The notes: a model not told the origin generated them from the letters alone. Numbered from the whole stretch's first letter, positions 37,603 through 52,089 are shown. The stretch: 63,898 bases of DNA, filler included, from Octopus bimaculoides (GCF_001194135.2; 7 parts of 7 records of this genome joined end to end with filler, not necessarily neighbours in it), one strand, 5' to 3'. Numbers and translations are program-made.

Positions 37603-38696
37603 ATGAGACGTAGAATGTGAGAAAGAGGTAGACAAAGAGAGAGGGGTAGGGAGAGAAACAAGGGTGGAAAGAAGTAGAAAGTAAAGGAGATAAAATGAAG
37701 TCGTATAAAAATTTAAGAAAAAAATATGAGAATAATATAAGCTGAAAGTTAGAGAGACCTTAAGGTGCGCAGGCGCGATTAAATTGTGTGCTTGTGTGTT
37801 TGTGTGTGTGTGTGTATGAGTTCGAACAGGATTTTTTTACGTTACTGCGTGAAATACACATAAACGCATGCATGCACACACACACATACACATATATACA
37901 CATATATGCGTGCGTACCCATGTGTATATAGAGTTGTATAGAAATATATATGTATGTATATATATATANNNNNNNNNNNNNNNNNNNNNNNNNNNNNNNN
38001 NNNNNNNNNNNNNNNNNNNNNNNNNNNNNNNNNNNNNNNNNNNNNNNNNNNNNNNNNNNNNNNNNNNNNNNNNNNNNNNNNNNNNNNNNNNNNNNNNNNN
38101 NNNNNNNNNNNNNNNNNNNNNNNNNNNNNNNNNNNNNNNNNNNNNNNNNNNNNNNNNNNNNNNNNNNNNNNNNNNNNNNNNNNNNNNNNNNNNNNNNNNN
38201 NNNNNNNNNNNNNNNNNNNNNNNNNNNNNNNNNNNNNNNNNNNNNNNNNNNNNNNNNNNNNNNNNNNNNNNNNNNNNNNNNNNNNNNNNNNNNNNNNNNN
38301 NNNNNNNNNNNNNNNNNNNNNNNNNNNNNNNNNNNNNNNNNNNNNNNNNNNNNNNNNNNNNNNNNNNNNNNNNNNNNNNNNNNNNNNNNNNNNNNNNNNN
38401 NNNNNNNNNNNNNNNNNNNNNNNNNNNNNNNNNNNNNNNNNNNNNNNNNNNNNNNNNNNNNNNNNNNNNNNNNNNNNNNNNNNNNNNNNNNNNNNNNNNN
38501 NNNNNNNNNNNNNNNNNNNNNNNNNNNNATATATATTTATACACACACACATGCATGTGTATATTTATACACAAAATCCTTATAATGCTGCCGGCGTTGA
38601 CATGGCCTGTCATCAAATCACCGTCGATAAAATAAGTTCCAGTCGACTTCTGGGGTTGATGGTATTGCCCCTATTGTGCCAAAATTTGAAATCCTT

Positions 38697-38734
<38 letters not shown>

Positions 38735-38738
38735 TATC

Positions 38739-38776
<38 letters not shown>

Positions 38777-38825
38777 TATCATCATCATCATCATTACTAT
38801 CATTATAATTAGTAGTAGTAGTATT

Positions 38826-38980
38826 ATGAAGGCGGTGAGCTGCTGCATTCTGAGTTCAAATTCCGCCGAGTTCGACATTGCCTTTCATCTTTCGGCGTCG
38901 ATGAAATAGGTACCAGTCGATGTAATCGACTTAGGCTCATTCCCTATCAAATTTTCAGTATCTTGTGCCTAAAGTAAAAA
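38826..38980 (+). mobile_element. SINE family A with internal deletions
   Basis: aaggcggtgagctg|ctgcattctgagttcaaattccgccgag...gtaccagtcgatgtaatcgac. Confidence 0.75.
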
Positions 38981-39018
38981 TGATAATAATAATAATAATA
39001 ATTATTATTATTATTATT

Positions 39019-39057
<39 letters not shown>

Positions 39058-39094
39058 ATTATTATTATTATTATATATTATTATATTATTATTA

Positions 39095-39137
<43 letters not shown>

Positions 39138-39399
39138 CTATAATCGGCAGAGGGCATTGAAAATGCAGTGATAGGTAGTACTGTACGAAACTCTCACCTC
39201 TTGAGTCACACTACAACTTCTACAGTTTGTCGAATAAAATATATACTGTCATGTCTTTTGAGATATAGTTTGCCTCACCAAAGATACACACACTAATAAT
39301 ATCTGTACGCACATATATGTGTGTGTATGTGTGTTTGTGTATGTGGAGGACATATGCGTGTGTGTGTCTCTGTGTGTGTGTGTGTGTCTCTCTCTGTGT

Positions 39400-39523
39400 G
39401 TGTGTGTGTATAGATATTACAGAGAGGAGAGAGAGATTTATAGAGAGGGGATGAAATTGAGAGTGAGAGACTGACAGACAGACAGACAAATTGAGCGGCA
39501 GGAAGAGAGAGAAAGACCGAGTC

Positions 39524-39579
<56 letters not shown>

Positions 39580-39794
39580 GGAGACGACGAGGAAGTAGAT
39601 AAATGTGATAATGATAATGTTGTTGTTATTGCTGCTGCTACTGTTGGGGACGGCGGCGATTTTGGGTGTGCAAGCTACCAAAACGGAGCGGGACATAAAA
39701 ACTGTGCAATGTTGCACAAAATAGCAGCAGTAGCACCAGAGAGAACGTAGAAAAATAGATAGATAGATAGATAGATAGAATAGATAGAGAGAGA

Positions 39795-39832
<38 letters not shown>

Positions 39833-42300
39833 AAGTGATACAGAGAACGACAGAGAAAATAGAGGGGGGAAAATTAGTTGGTTGATTGGTTGTAGGAGAG
39901 TGTTGGTGTGAGAAGGCAGGAGTGTGTGCATGTGTAGTAGGAGGAAGGGGAGTTTAATATATATTTAGATAGATCTATGCTGGTTTCTGTTAGCAAAAAG
40001 AGGGGGGAAAAATCATGGAGGACGGAAAATGGAAGACAGTGGGGCAAGTATGGTCGTAGCAGAGAAAAAAAAATGATTCAGTGAGAGTTTTAGCTGAGTG
40101 AATGATCAAGTGAGTGTGAGTGTAAGTGAGTGCGAGAGTGCAAGGGTGATAGGGAAATTAGATGGAGGAAGGATGTAGTTTGTGAGTGAGTGTGCAAAAA
40201 AAGAAAAGAAAATGAAGGGAAAAAATTGCGAAAGGCCCGGAGGAGGAGGAGGAGGAGCATCAGATACTGAGTGAGTTAATCAGTGAATGAGAGTGAGTGA
40301 GTGAGCGATGGGATGAGAGAGAGAGAGAGATGAAAGGAAGAGGGGAGGTAAGGGAGAATTTATGAAGTGTGAAAATATTTAAGATTGTGTTTAATGAGTG
40401 GCGGTGGCGATGGCGATGGAGGGGGGGCATCAATGAGTGTGAGTGTTAGTGAGGGGGCCGTAAGAGGAGGTGTATATTGTAACCAGTGAAAGAAGACGGG
40501 GGGGGNNNNNNNNNNNNNNNNNNNNNNNNNNNNNNNNNNNNNNNNNNNNNNNNNNNNNNNNNNNNNNNNNNNNNNNNNNNNNNNNNNNNNNNNNNNNNNN
40601 NNNNNNNNNNNNNNNNNNNNNNNNNNNNNNNNNNNNNNNNNNNNNNNNNNNNNNNNNNNNNNNNNNNNNNNNNNNNNNNNNNNNNNNNNNNNNNNNNNNN
40701 NNNNNNNNNNNNNNNNNNNNNNNNNNNNNNNNNNNNNNNNNNNNNNNNNNNNNNNNNNNNNNNNNNNNNNNNNNNNNNNNNNNNNNNNNNNNNNNNNNNN
40801 NNNNNNNNNNNNNNNNNNNNNNNNNNNNNNNNNNNNNNNNNNNNNNNNNNNNNNNNNNNNNNNNNNNNNNNNNNNNNNNNNNNNNNNNNNNNNNNNNNNN
40901 NNNNNNNNNNNNNNNNNNNNNNNNNNNNNNNNNNNNNNNNNNNNNNNNNNNNNNNNNNNNNNNNNNNNNNNNNNNNNNNNNNNNNNNNNNNNNNNNNNNN
41001 NNNNNNNNNNNNNNNNNNNNNNNNNNNNNNNNNNNNNNNNNNNNNNNNNNNNNNNNNNNNNNNNNNNNNNNNNNNNNNNNNNNNNNNNNNNNNATATATA
41101 TATATATATATATACGTATATATGTATGTATATATGTATATGTTCATGTATATGTGTGTGTGCATCTGTGTATTTGTGTGTGTGTGTATGTGTGTGTGCA
41201 TTTATATATGTAGGAGAGAGGGAATGAAAGAGGAAGCGACAAAGTGTGAAAAAGGGCCAATAGAAAAAATAGTAGAGAAAGCAGATATTGAACGAGAGAA
41301 AGAGCTAGGGATATGAGGTGTGTGATATTCCGAGATACTTGGTATGAGGGAGAGTGGATGCGTGTGAGTGAATGAATATTAGAGAGTGTACGATATGGAC
41401 TGTGTGAGAGGAAGAAAAATGTGGAAGACAAAGTGAGAGAGCGGTAGGGAGAAAAAGAGAAAAAAAGAGAGAAAAAAAGGGAAAATATGTTTTGGTTCAT
41501 TCTACCGTTGAGAGAGAAGGAGGTGGTTGTGAACGAAATATTAAAGGAGTGATAGTATGAGTGGAACAGAGAGGGGAATAGAAAGCATAGACGTGGGGTG
41601 GTATAATAATAGGGCCTCGATCGAAGGGGACAAACGAGAAAGAGAGAGAGAGTGAGAGAGAGAGAGAGGAGAGGCAGCGAGATTAAAATAGGGAGATGAA
41701 ATGAGTGTGAGAACAGAGATAAAAAAATAAGGTGATGAGGAAGCGAGAGAGAGAGAGTGAGAGTGAGAGGAGGGAAAAGAGAAAGAAAGAATGGTAGACG
41801 AAGCAAGAGTGGTAGTTTGGAATAAGGAATGATAGAAATATAAAGCGAGTAGAATTTAGGTGGGGGGGTTGAGACAAAGGGGGCTTGAGAAACGAAGAAG
41901 GAGTAGGAGTGATTCGAAGAGAGATAGTGTGGTGTGTTAACCGGAACAGGACGAGAGACACGGAGAGAGACGGAGAGAGAGAAAGAGAGAAAGGGATAGC
42001 TAGATTAAGGAAAGAAGAGCAGAGAATCTAATGACAAGAGAGACGGAGAGAGAAAGAGCATGGTAGATAAGAGCTGTAAGGAAAACAGAAAGGGAGAGAG
42101 CGATAAAAAAAATAGGGAGTAAAAGGAAGAGTGTGCAGTAGGGTAGGGTAGGGGTTGGATAATGGGTCAGGCCAACCTGACCATAGAAACAAACTGATGA
42201 GGAAACTGTTAAAAAGGAAGGGATGTTGGGCTTGGAAAACCTGCACATTACAAAACCCATAGACGCACACTCACATATTCACGTGTAGGCACACTCACAT
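39400..42300 (+). repeat. Purine-rich low-complexity block (GA, GATA, GAGT repeats)
   Basis: Strong A/G bias on the plus strand across ~2.9 kb including a gap. Confidence 0.8.
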
Positions 42301-42442
42301 GCATATACGCACGCGCGGAGAGAGAGACAAACGCCGAATATATTTCTCTGTCAGTAAAAAAATGTATGTGCGCATATATACTACCTTACGCACGCACACA
42401 GACACACACACGCATGCACACCTCTACCTATCTATACATGAC

Positions 42443-42484
<42 letters not shown>

Positions 42485-43396
42485 NNNNNNNNNNNNNNNN
42501 NNNNNNNNNNNNNNNNNNNNNNNNNNNNNNNNNNNNNNNNNNNNNNNNNNNNNNNNNNNNNNNNNNNNNNNNNNNNNNNNNNNNNNNNNNNNNNNNNNNN
42601 NNNNNNNNNNNNNNNNNNNNNNNNNNNNNNNNNNNNNNNNNNNNNNNNNNNNNNNNNNNNNNNNNNNNNNNNNNNNNNNNNNNNNNNNNNNNNNNNNNNN
42701 NNNNNNNNNNNNNNNNNNNNNNNNNNNNNNNNNNNNNNNNNNNNNNNNNNNNNNNNNNNNNNNNNNNNNNNNNNNNNNNNNNNNNNNNNNNNNNNNNNNN
42801 NNNNNNNNNNNNNNNNNNNNNNNNNNNNNNNNNNNNNNNNNNNNNNNNNNNNNNNNNNNNNNNNNNNNNNNNNNNNNNNNNNNNNNNNNNNNNNNNNNNN
42901 NNNNNNNNNNNNNNNNNNNNNNNNNNNNNNNNNNNNNNNNNNNNNNNNNNNNNNNNNNNNNNNNNNNNNNNNNNNNNNNNNNNNNNNNNNNNNNNNNNNN
43001 NNNNNNNNNNNNNNNNNNNNNNNNNNNNNNNNNNNNNNNNNNNNNNNNNNNNNNNNNNNNNNNNNNNNNNNNNNNNNNNNNNNNNNNNNNNNNNNNNNNN
43101 NNNNNNNNNNNNNNNNNNNNNNNNNNNNNNNNNNNNNNNNNNNNNNNNNNNNNNNNNNNNNNNNNNNNNNNNNNNNNNNNNNNNNNNNNNNNNNNNNNNN
43201 NNNNNNNNNNNNNNNNNNNNNNNNNNATATATATATACGGTATATATACATACACACACACACTCATATATATAAATATGTATTCATAATTCTGTGAGTG
43301 CATATACATACACGCATACACGCATACATACTTAAATTCATATTTTAATGTGTTTATGACTTCATTTTCTGTTGTTTATGTCGTTTAGGCCATCGT

Positions 43397-43432
<36 letters not shown>

Positions 43433-44041
43433 CGCACGCATACACACAAACACAAACACACATACACAGATGCACGTTCATATGTGTGTTTCACCAAACA
43501 TGCACGATTTGCATTTGTGCATTACAAAATCTGCACCTGTGTAATCGGTGTATGCATAAGCTGTCCCATACACAAGGCAGCATTTAAATGTGTTTTGTAT
43601 TTGAGAAACTGACAGAAATATAGACAGATGGTTTATGTATGCATGTGTATATATTGCATTCATGTAAGCTCCTATATTTATGTGTGTATATGTATGTGTG
43701 TGTGTGTGTGAGAGAGAGAGACAGAGAGAGAAGAGAGAGAGAGGGAGAAAGAGAGAGAGAATGAAAGCGTGTGCTATTACATGATCTCTTGGGGTTTGTG
43801 AATGTGCTGTGTGAATAGATACGTGAATGAAATTTTACCTGTGTGCAGAAGTGTGAGTGTGCTTGCGTGTGTGTATGTGTACACGTGTGTGTGTGCGTGT
43901 GGGTGCGCGCGCGCTTATGTGTGTAGGTGTACATGTTTATGTGTGTCACTGTGTTTATGTAACACTTTGTACATATTTTTCAGTGAGACTGCAAACAATT
44001 ATGTAGAAAATGGTGTTGCAGAATAAGAGTCGAGGCCTGTA

Positions 44042-44086
<45 letters not shown>

Positions 44087-44186
44087 NNNNNNNNNNNNNN
44101 NNNNNNNNNNNNNNNNNNNNNNNNNNNNNNTTAATTAATTAANNNNNNNNNNNNNNNNNNNNNNNNNNNNNNNNNNNNNNNNNNNN
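44087..44186. other. Scaffold-join linker
   Basis: TTAATTAATTAA at 44131-44142 inside Ns. Confidence 0.95.
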
Positions 44187-44957
44187 TATATATATATATA
44201 TGTATATACAGATATAAATACATATACGAAAAAGTCGCGACCTCCAGCTCTCGCTTAACTTTTACCTTCCTGCAGGAGCTCACAGAGCACCCTTGAATGG
44301 GTACTCAATGACCAGGTTATTAACCACTCTCTCAGGATAATATCTATGATGTCTGTTCCTAATTTATGTCTAAAAGGAGTGGTTTGAAGGAAATTTTGTG
44401 GTTATTTTATAGTCGATTCACCACTTTCACTCACTAGTTTCAGACATAAAACGTCAGAGTTTGATACTGAGCGGCGATTCGTTAAAACTATCCTGTGAAA
44501 AAAGTCTCAGTTCCGTTTTCAAGCATTAATTGGCAACAACAATAACCAGTGGCAGAGTGATATTTACTCTTGATATTAAGTGATATTCACTGTTGTATTC
44601 GATGTGTGTATATATATATGTGTATATATGTTAGCGCGCGTGTAAGTATGTGTGCGTGAGCGTGTGTCTGTGTCTGTGTACAGCAATAAATACGGAAAAT
44701 ACGTAACACAAGTTGATGTATATATTTGTCCAGTCATCAAAAGTACGTAATATGAGAAACTTGGAGTAACAACGCAATAAAACTTTCAATACATATATAC
44801 ATTCATACGTGTGTATGTATATATATATATATTTTATTCAAAAGTGCTGGTTGTCTTGAGTTTCAAGCGCGATGCTAATCGTCAGCCATTTTGAATTTGA
44901 TACTTATGATAACGGTTAGTCATCCTTGCTTTGTTGAGGGTATATATATATATATTA

Positions 44958-45181
44958 TGCACCCTTTTAAAGCGTAGCCAATCTCATGCGCCCGGTCCCG
45001 GTTTCTATAGCGTATGTGTTCCCCCCAACTGGACGGGACACCAGTCCATCGCAGCGTTACTCAAGAAACAGGAAGAAAGAGTGAGAGAAAGTTGAGGCGA
45101 AAGAGTACAACAGGGGTCGCCACCACCTCCTGTCATGGTGCTTTAGGTGTTTTCGCTCAATAAACACACACAACGCCCGGT
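44958..45181 (-). mobile_element. SINE family D (family C body plus V-domain-like 3' module); head lost in gap
   Basis: Minus strand: ...ttcctgtttcttgagtaacgctgcgatggactggtgtcccgtccag...ctatagaaaccggg. Confidence 0.65.
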
Positions 45182-45740
45182 NNNNNNNNNNNNNNNNNNN
45201 NNNNNNNNNNNNNNNNNNNNNNNNNNNNNNNNNNNNNNNNNNNNNNNNNNNNNNNNNNNNNNNNNNNNNNNNNNNNNNNNNNNNNNNNNNNNNNNNNNNN
45301 NNNNNNNNNNNNNNNNNNNNNNNNNNNNNNNNNNNNNNNNNNNNNNNNNNNNNNNNNNNNNNNNNNNNNNNNNNNNNNNNNNNNNNNNNNNNNNNNNNNN
45401 NNNNNNNNNNNNNNNNNNNNNNNNNNNNNNNNNNNNNNNNNNNNNNNNNNNNNNNNNNNNNNNNNNNNNNNNNNNNNNNNNNNNNNNNNNNNNNNNNNNN
45501 NNNNNNNNNNNNNNNNNNNNNNNNNNNNNNNNNNNNNNNNNNNNNNNNNNNNNNNNNNNNNNNNNNNNNNNNNNNNNNNNNNNNNNNNNNNNNNNNNNNN
45601 NNNNNNNNNNNNNNNNNNNNNNNNNNNNNNNNNNNNNNNNNNNNNNNNNNNNNNNNNNNNNNNNNNNNNNNNNNNNNNNNNNNNNNNNNNNNNNNNNNNN
45701 NNNNNNNNNNNNNNNNNNNNNNNNNNNNNNNNNNNAGAGA

Positions 45741-45782
<42 letters not shown>

Positions 45783-45894
45783 GTGAGTGAAAGAGTGAGA
45801 GAGAGAGAGAGCTCAGGCTCTATTCTCATATTATCCCATAATGAATTAATTTCAATTAATTATAATTTTGTAATTACTTGCATATATGTGTGTA

Positions 45895-45930
<36 letters not shown>

Positions 45931-47197
45931 TGCACACATATATGCAAGATAATTTATAAGTTTGTGCTTATATGTGCGTGTATGTATGCGGGTATGTATA
46001 GGAACATACATGCATACATACTGACAAACAGACAGAGACGCAGCATGTATACATTCGTTCTTGCATACAAGCAATGGAGTATTAAACTGATCCTCCGTCA
46101 TTTTCGACAATGAGTTATTCTGTAAGACGTTCAACTAAACCACCTGCTAAGCGATAGCGGTTAGTCATGCCTTGCTTTGCTTAGGATATCCAACTAGACC
46201 AAAACATGTCTGAGTTTTTACCGCATGGTTATAGCTCAGGCTCTATTCCCATATTGTCCCATAATGAATTAATTTCAATTAATTATAATTTTGTAATTAC
46301 TTACCTTATCTTTATCTTTTGTAGTTATAATTAGCAATTCTAGTTAATTTAAATGCATCATGTTCTAATATTTTATTAATTAAAATGTTTAGTACTACAA
46401 TGAGTAATTAAACATTTTATAGTATTTCATTAATTAAAATACCTCATAAATAGTATTTAATCAAAATTTCTCATACTTTAGCATTTAGCAAATTAATTAA
46501 AATTGTCATCGGTCAGGGCGAGATGAAAATGATTTAAGCAGTGAGCCACGAAAGCGTCAGACACATTTCTACCTTGGTGAACCACGTCAATAACGTATGT
46601 CCACTTTCCCAATGCTTATCGAAGTTTGTGCCCTTCGACATACAGGAAACGCTGAATAATATACTCACTTATACTGCGGAAAGCTTGACTGTCTATAATA
46701 AAGTCACCGATATATGTTTTTAAAGCAACATATCTTAAAGAGATTTTCTCTCAGACAAAATTCACAGCGTCACGCCTTTCAATGGCATGTATATATGTTA
46801 CGTATGGTATGAATATGGCAATTTTAGTTTAATGTTATTTCAGTTACGTACACCGAGTTAATTAATTAAACTTTCTCATACTATAGTATTTAATTAAAAT
46901 GTTTGTACTATAATATTCAATTAATTAAAATGTGTTAAAAGGAGTCTGGGAGCACGCTTGAAGTATATCAAGAAAAATTAACGAGAGCTTAATGGTATAT
47001 TAATATTCTGACTTCGCTTTTTACTACACAGACACACACTCACAAACACACTCACACAGACACAGACACACACACACACACATATATATATATTAAAATC
47101 TAGGTGTATATATATATATATATATATATATATCATCTAGGTACATATACACACACACACGCACGCACATACGCATGTACTTATATACGATTGTCGC

Positions 47198-47240
<43 letters not shown>

Positions 47241-47520
47241 GTCTGCGGGCCAACAAAAAAAATTGAAGGGAAAAGCACGAAATGATGGCGGCTGTCTGTA
47301 AATAATTGACACTTGTAAAAAATCCAAATAAATCGAAATCCTATAAAAGCGAAACCGTGCAAACATAGTGTCGCGGAGACCGCAAGAAAACTGTAATTGC
47401 TAGAAATCACGAAGATTTCTCACGTTAACAATAAAATATGATGGCGTGATAAAACATTATCATAATATGTGGTTGTATTCTATCTATTATATTATTTTCA
47501 AAACAATATATGCCTAATTA

Positions 47521-47733
47521 TTTTATTCTTTTATTCTTTTACTTGTTTCAGTCATTTGACTGCGGCTATGCTGGAGCACCGCCTTTAGTCAAGCAAATCG
47601 AGTCCAAGACTTATTCGTTGTAAGCCTAGTACTTATTCTATCGGTCTCTTTTGCCGAACGGCTAGATGATGGGAGCGTAAATACACCAGCATCGATTGTC
47701 AAGCGATGGAGGAGAGAAAAACGCACCTCCCCC

Positions 47734-47771
<38 letters not shown>

Positions 47772-47928
47772 GATGAGCTACTTTCAGTTTCCGCCTACCA
47801 AATCCACTCACAAGGCTTTGGACGGCTGAGGCTATTGTAAAAGACACTTGCCCAAGATGCCCAGCAGTGGGACTGAACCCGGAACCATGTAGTTGGTAAG
47901 CAAGCTTCTTATCACACAGCCACTCCTT
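47521..47928 (-). mobile_element. Full-length SINE family B
   Basis: Complete reverse complement of the 10059-10466 architecture, including the (aaaagaat)n tail. Confidence 0.88.
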
Positions 47929-48385
47929 ATTCAATTTATTGGGAGCGAGGGGGTGAATTTTTCTAGCTTTTTGTTTTTTTAATTTTCATGTCATTTCCGC
48001 ATACTAATTTTGAATATAGTAAGGTCTTGTAATACAATGGAGTAAAATGAAATATTAAAAAATGCTTCCTCCATGAGGTGATGATATCAACAACATTTCT
48101 TCCTATATTGTGGTCATTTCATCAAATTCTTTTCGTCAAAATGTCTGCCTACTGTACACGGTGACATAACGTAACGAACAACGGCTCTCATACCGGTATA
48201 AACATAAACACGCGTACGCACACACACTCACAAACACACACACTCACACACACACACACACACACACATATGCATACACACATACTCTCACATGCAAACA
48301 AACATACATATACATATATATATAAGCGATAATTGATCATTAGTCCCATGTATTTAGTCAACTATACATGAATGTCTATGTGCTC

Positions 48386-48442
<57 letters not shown>

Positions 48443-48571
48443 AACAGACAGACAGAGAGATACCTATATATGTGCATGTGGGCGCATGCGTACATGTACC
48501 TATACATATATATTTCATACACACATAGATATACATTACTAATATACATACGTATAGGCACAATCATAAAA

Positions 48572-48648
<77 letters not shown>

Positions 48649-48970
48649 TAGCGACGACGACGACAACAAGTGAACCCGCTAAGAAAATCTCTATTTCAGA
48701 ATCTACAGGAAAGATATTTCGTGTTAAGTAGATCACAAAAAAAGATATTCTCATTTCTGTTCTGATTTTCGGGTGTAAAAATCCAATATTGATTGATCTA
48801 ATATCTATTTGGTTGTTTCGTTATTATAATTATTGTTGTAATTGTTCATATTCAACATATCGATGTTGTTGTTTTCTTGTTCTAGTTATTGAACGACAAC
48901 TAATTCTTGCTGATGTTTTTGGCTTTTATATTACGGTACTGTTTTTTGTTTTGTTTTGTTTTTGTGCGTC

Positions 48971-49303
48971 TTATTGGAGACTGGGGTTGTGACAAGGAGG
49001 TATCTTCTAACGTGTACTAATCATGCATATGTTTTCTATCTCAGAGCCTCGCACTTCTCACCTGCACAAAGATCTTTCTCACCTGAGAGATATTGCTCAA
49101 AAATTATTGTGATGAGAGTTAGCTCGGTACGAAGAAAAAATTTTTCCCTCGCGACGAAGCAGTCTATTCTTTAACAAATTTCGAACCACCGAGATTTTTC
49201 GGAGACGATATAAGTTATGGTTATTTTAGCTATTTAGATTGTAATATAATATAAAATATAATACTATATGATATATATAATTTCCATGTCTTAGAATTTT
49301 GTA

Positions 49304-49335
<32 letters not shown>

Positions 49336-49357
49336 GCAGGCAGACAGACAGACAGAC

Positions 49358-49402
<45 letters not shown>

Positions 49403-49605
49403 TGTGTGTATGTGTGGGTTTGTTGATGTGAGAATTATGACAGGTGTAGACACGCAAGTAGATAGGCAGGTATAGGTAGGTAGGAAGATTAGCTCGATAA
49501 TCAGAATATGAGTAGGTAGTTGGGCGCATGTTTAAGTTGTAAGTTGGTAGGTAGGTAGGTAGGTAGGTGAGTATGAAGATAGGTAACACACTCACACAAG
49601 CATAC

Positions 49606-49653
<48 letters not shown>

Positions 49654-49947
49654 GATAAGAAATGAAGCAATAATTAACAATGAGAAGTGGATCATTGGCA
49701 TCTTAAAGTCATAGTTTAATTTAATTAGGTGTCTGTTTACATAACCTCTGTTATTGGAGACTGGGGTTGTGACAAGGAGGTATCTTTTAACGTGTACTAA
49801 TCATGCATATGTTTTCTATCTCAGAGCCTCGCACTTCTCACCTGTACAAAGATCTTTCTCACCTGAGAGATATTGCTCAAAAATTATTGTGATGACAGCT
49901 CGGTACGAAAATTTTTTCTCTCGCGAAGAAGCATTCTATTCTTTAAC
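48971..49947 (+). repeat. ~200-bp direct duplication (48971-49175 and 49751-49947) around microsatellites
   Basis: Near-identical ttattggagactggggttgtgacaagg...ctattctttaac blocks. Confidence 0.95.
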
Positions 49948-51049
49948 CTCTTATTTATATCTTACTTAACAAATATATATATATATACATATCAATATAT
50001 ATATANNNNNNNNNNNNNNNNNNNNNNNNNNNNNNNNNNNNNNNNNNNNNNNNNNNNNNNNNNNNNNNNNNNNNNNNNNNNNNNNNNNNNNNNNNNNNNN
50101 NNNNNNNNNNNNNNNNNNNNNNNNNNNNNNNNNNNNNNNNNNNNNNNNNNNNNNNNNNNNNNNNNNNNNNNNNNNNNNNNNNNNNNNNNNNNNNNNNNNN
50201 NNNNNNNNNNNNNNNNNNNNNNNNNNNNNNNNNNNNNNNNNNNNNNNNNNNNNNNNNNNNNNNNNNNNNNNNNNNNNNNNNNNNNNNNNNNNNNNNNNNN
50301 NNNNNNNNNNNNNNNNNNNNNNNNNNNNNNNNNNNNNNNNNNNNNNNNNNNNNNNNNNNNNNNNNNNNNNNNNNNNTGTGTGTGTGTGTGTGTAGGTAGA
50401 TAAATATTGTAGGTAGGTAGGTAGGTAGGTAGGTAGGTAGGTAGGTAGGTAGGTAGGTAGGTAGTTGGTTGGGTAAAGTGTAATTATGTAGAGAATTAAA
50501 TGATTTTGGTGATAGGATTTTGCCTGAGTAACAGGATTCTTAGTTTGAGGCTGTCGTCTTTGTGGGTCCTTCACAAATCTCACGCGTTCTCTTAAAAAAG
50601 AAAATATACATTGAGCAATGTAATCTAAATATATGAGATGGTCATGGGTAGCGCGCTTATGATCATAATTCTCTCGAGCAGGACTGGGGTGGAGCTACAC
50701 AACAATTAAATCTACAAAATAGCCATCCTCCACCTTGTCCCTTCTTGGAGCGGAGTTCCCCCTCCCCCGATTATTAAATATAGTCTACCTGAGGAAAAGA
50801 GTGCATGCCTGATATTAAAAGGTCCGGGGATTGTAAGGTCGAACTTTGCTGAAACAATGGCTTTGCTAGATCCACGTCTCCTCTGTTGGGTGAAATCCTA
50901 ATTTATTTCAGAGAAAGAGAATTACTTTCTTAAACCCGAAGCAATAACACATATTCGGAATACACAGCACACAATATAAAATGCATCGATGAACAGCAAA
51001 CTTCATTATCCAATACTGTTTTTAATCACGTGACTTCCGGTTAGAACAC

Positions 51050-51410
51050 ATCAGAATCAGGTCGATCACGAGAGTCTCCATTCGTCCAATCGGTTCGAAC
51101 TACCAGTAAGAAATAGTAGCCAAATATCCCTCAAGTCTCTCAAGTTAGAGATGAACTATTTCTGCAAAGAAGAGACGATCACAACTAGAACGCCTTTGAC
51201 CGGGACAAGGATGGCTTCGAGCTAAAAACAACAGCCAAATATAGCTCAGACTACCACCGTCTGTCTCACAAGAAGGATGCACATACTGAATAATATAGTC
51301 AGCAATAGTGTGTGTCTAAATAATAAAATGGTAAGAGGGTGTGGTCACGGCTTGGACGTCTTGGATTAAATGGATTTGCATGCTGGACCATAGCTGGTCT
51401 ATAGTCAATC
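51050..51410 (+). mobile_element. Degenerate SINE-like family G
   Basis: agaaatagtagccaaatatccctc and gtggtcacggct motifs shared with 52090-52312. Confidence 0.45.
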
Positions 51411-51418
51411 AGGCAAGC

Positions 51419-51501
<83 letters not shown>

Positions 51502-51666
51502 CAGGCAGATAACCAGGCCAGTTGAAACATTTTGTTTGACATAAACATGAGATCTCTCAGATTCTCTGAGAACAGATATGTTATTTCTCCTTCATAAACC
51601 AGCAGAATGCGTGTGGATGTGGGTGTGTGTATGTGGGGGTGAGTACGTGCATGTGTGCGTATGGAC

Positions 51667-51726
<60 letters not shown>

Positions 51727-52089
51727 GCATCATATATACATACATACATATATATATACATACAATACATACATAAGCTACAATATTGGTTTATTTTGAC
51801 TACACAGACTCACACAAATATTCCATGTTTTATAGGAGTGGAGAAGACATGTTTCTAGCCCTCGTTCTTGAGCGACATAAATAAAGCAGTTTCAAGCTGT
51901 GAATCGAAACCAGGTCGCTGAATCGGTTCACTAAGAAATTTATGACCACATTATGACACAGCGGCATTGGTTTTCATTCACCCCAAACAAAAATAACAGT
52001 CTAGAGAAAGAAAACACCAGATTAATAACATTAAGTGCAAAGAGAATAGCAACATTTATAACTTACAGCATCTTAATGACATCACGAGC

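Noticed and set aside
42165-42205. Hairpin ggtcagg/cctgacc next to GAAAC and CTGATGA
   Set aside because: Elements are in an order and spacing incompatible with any hammerhead topology
44850-44890. Minus-strand CTGACGA-ttagcatcgcgctt-GAAACTC
   Set aside because: Only a 3-bp stem II, no stem III or stem I; at best a heavily decayed relic
51150-51235. Translation AFDRDKDGFEL resembling a Penelope GIY-YIG C-terminus
   Set aside because: Lies within a SINE-like family G copy also seen at 52090-52312; likely coincidence
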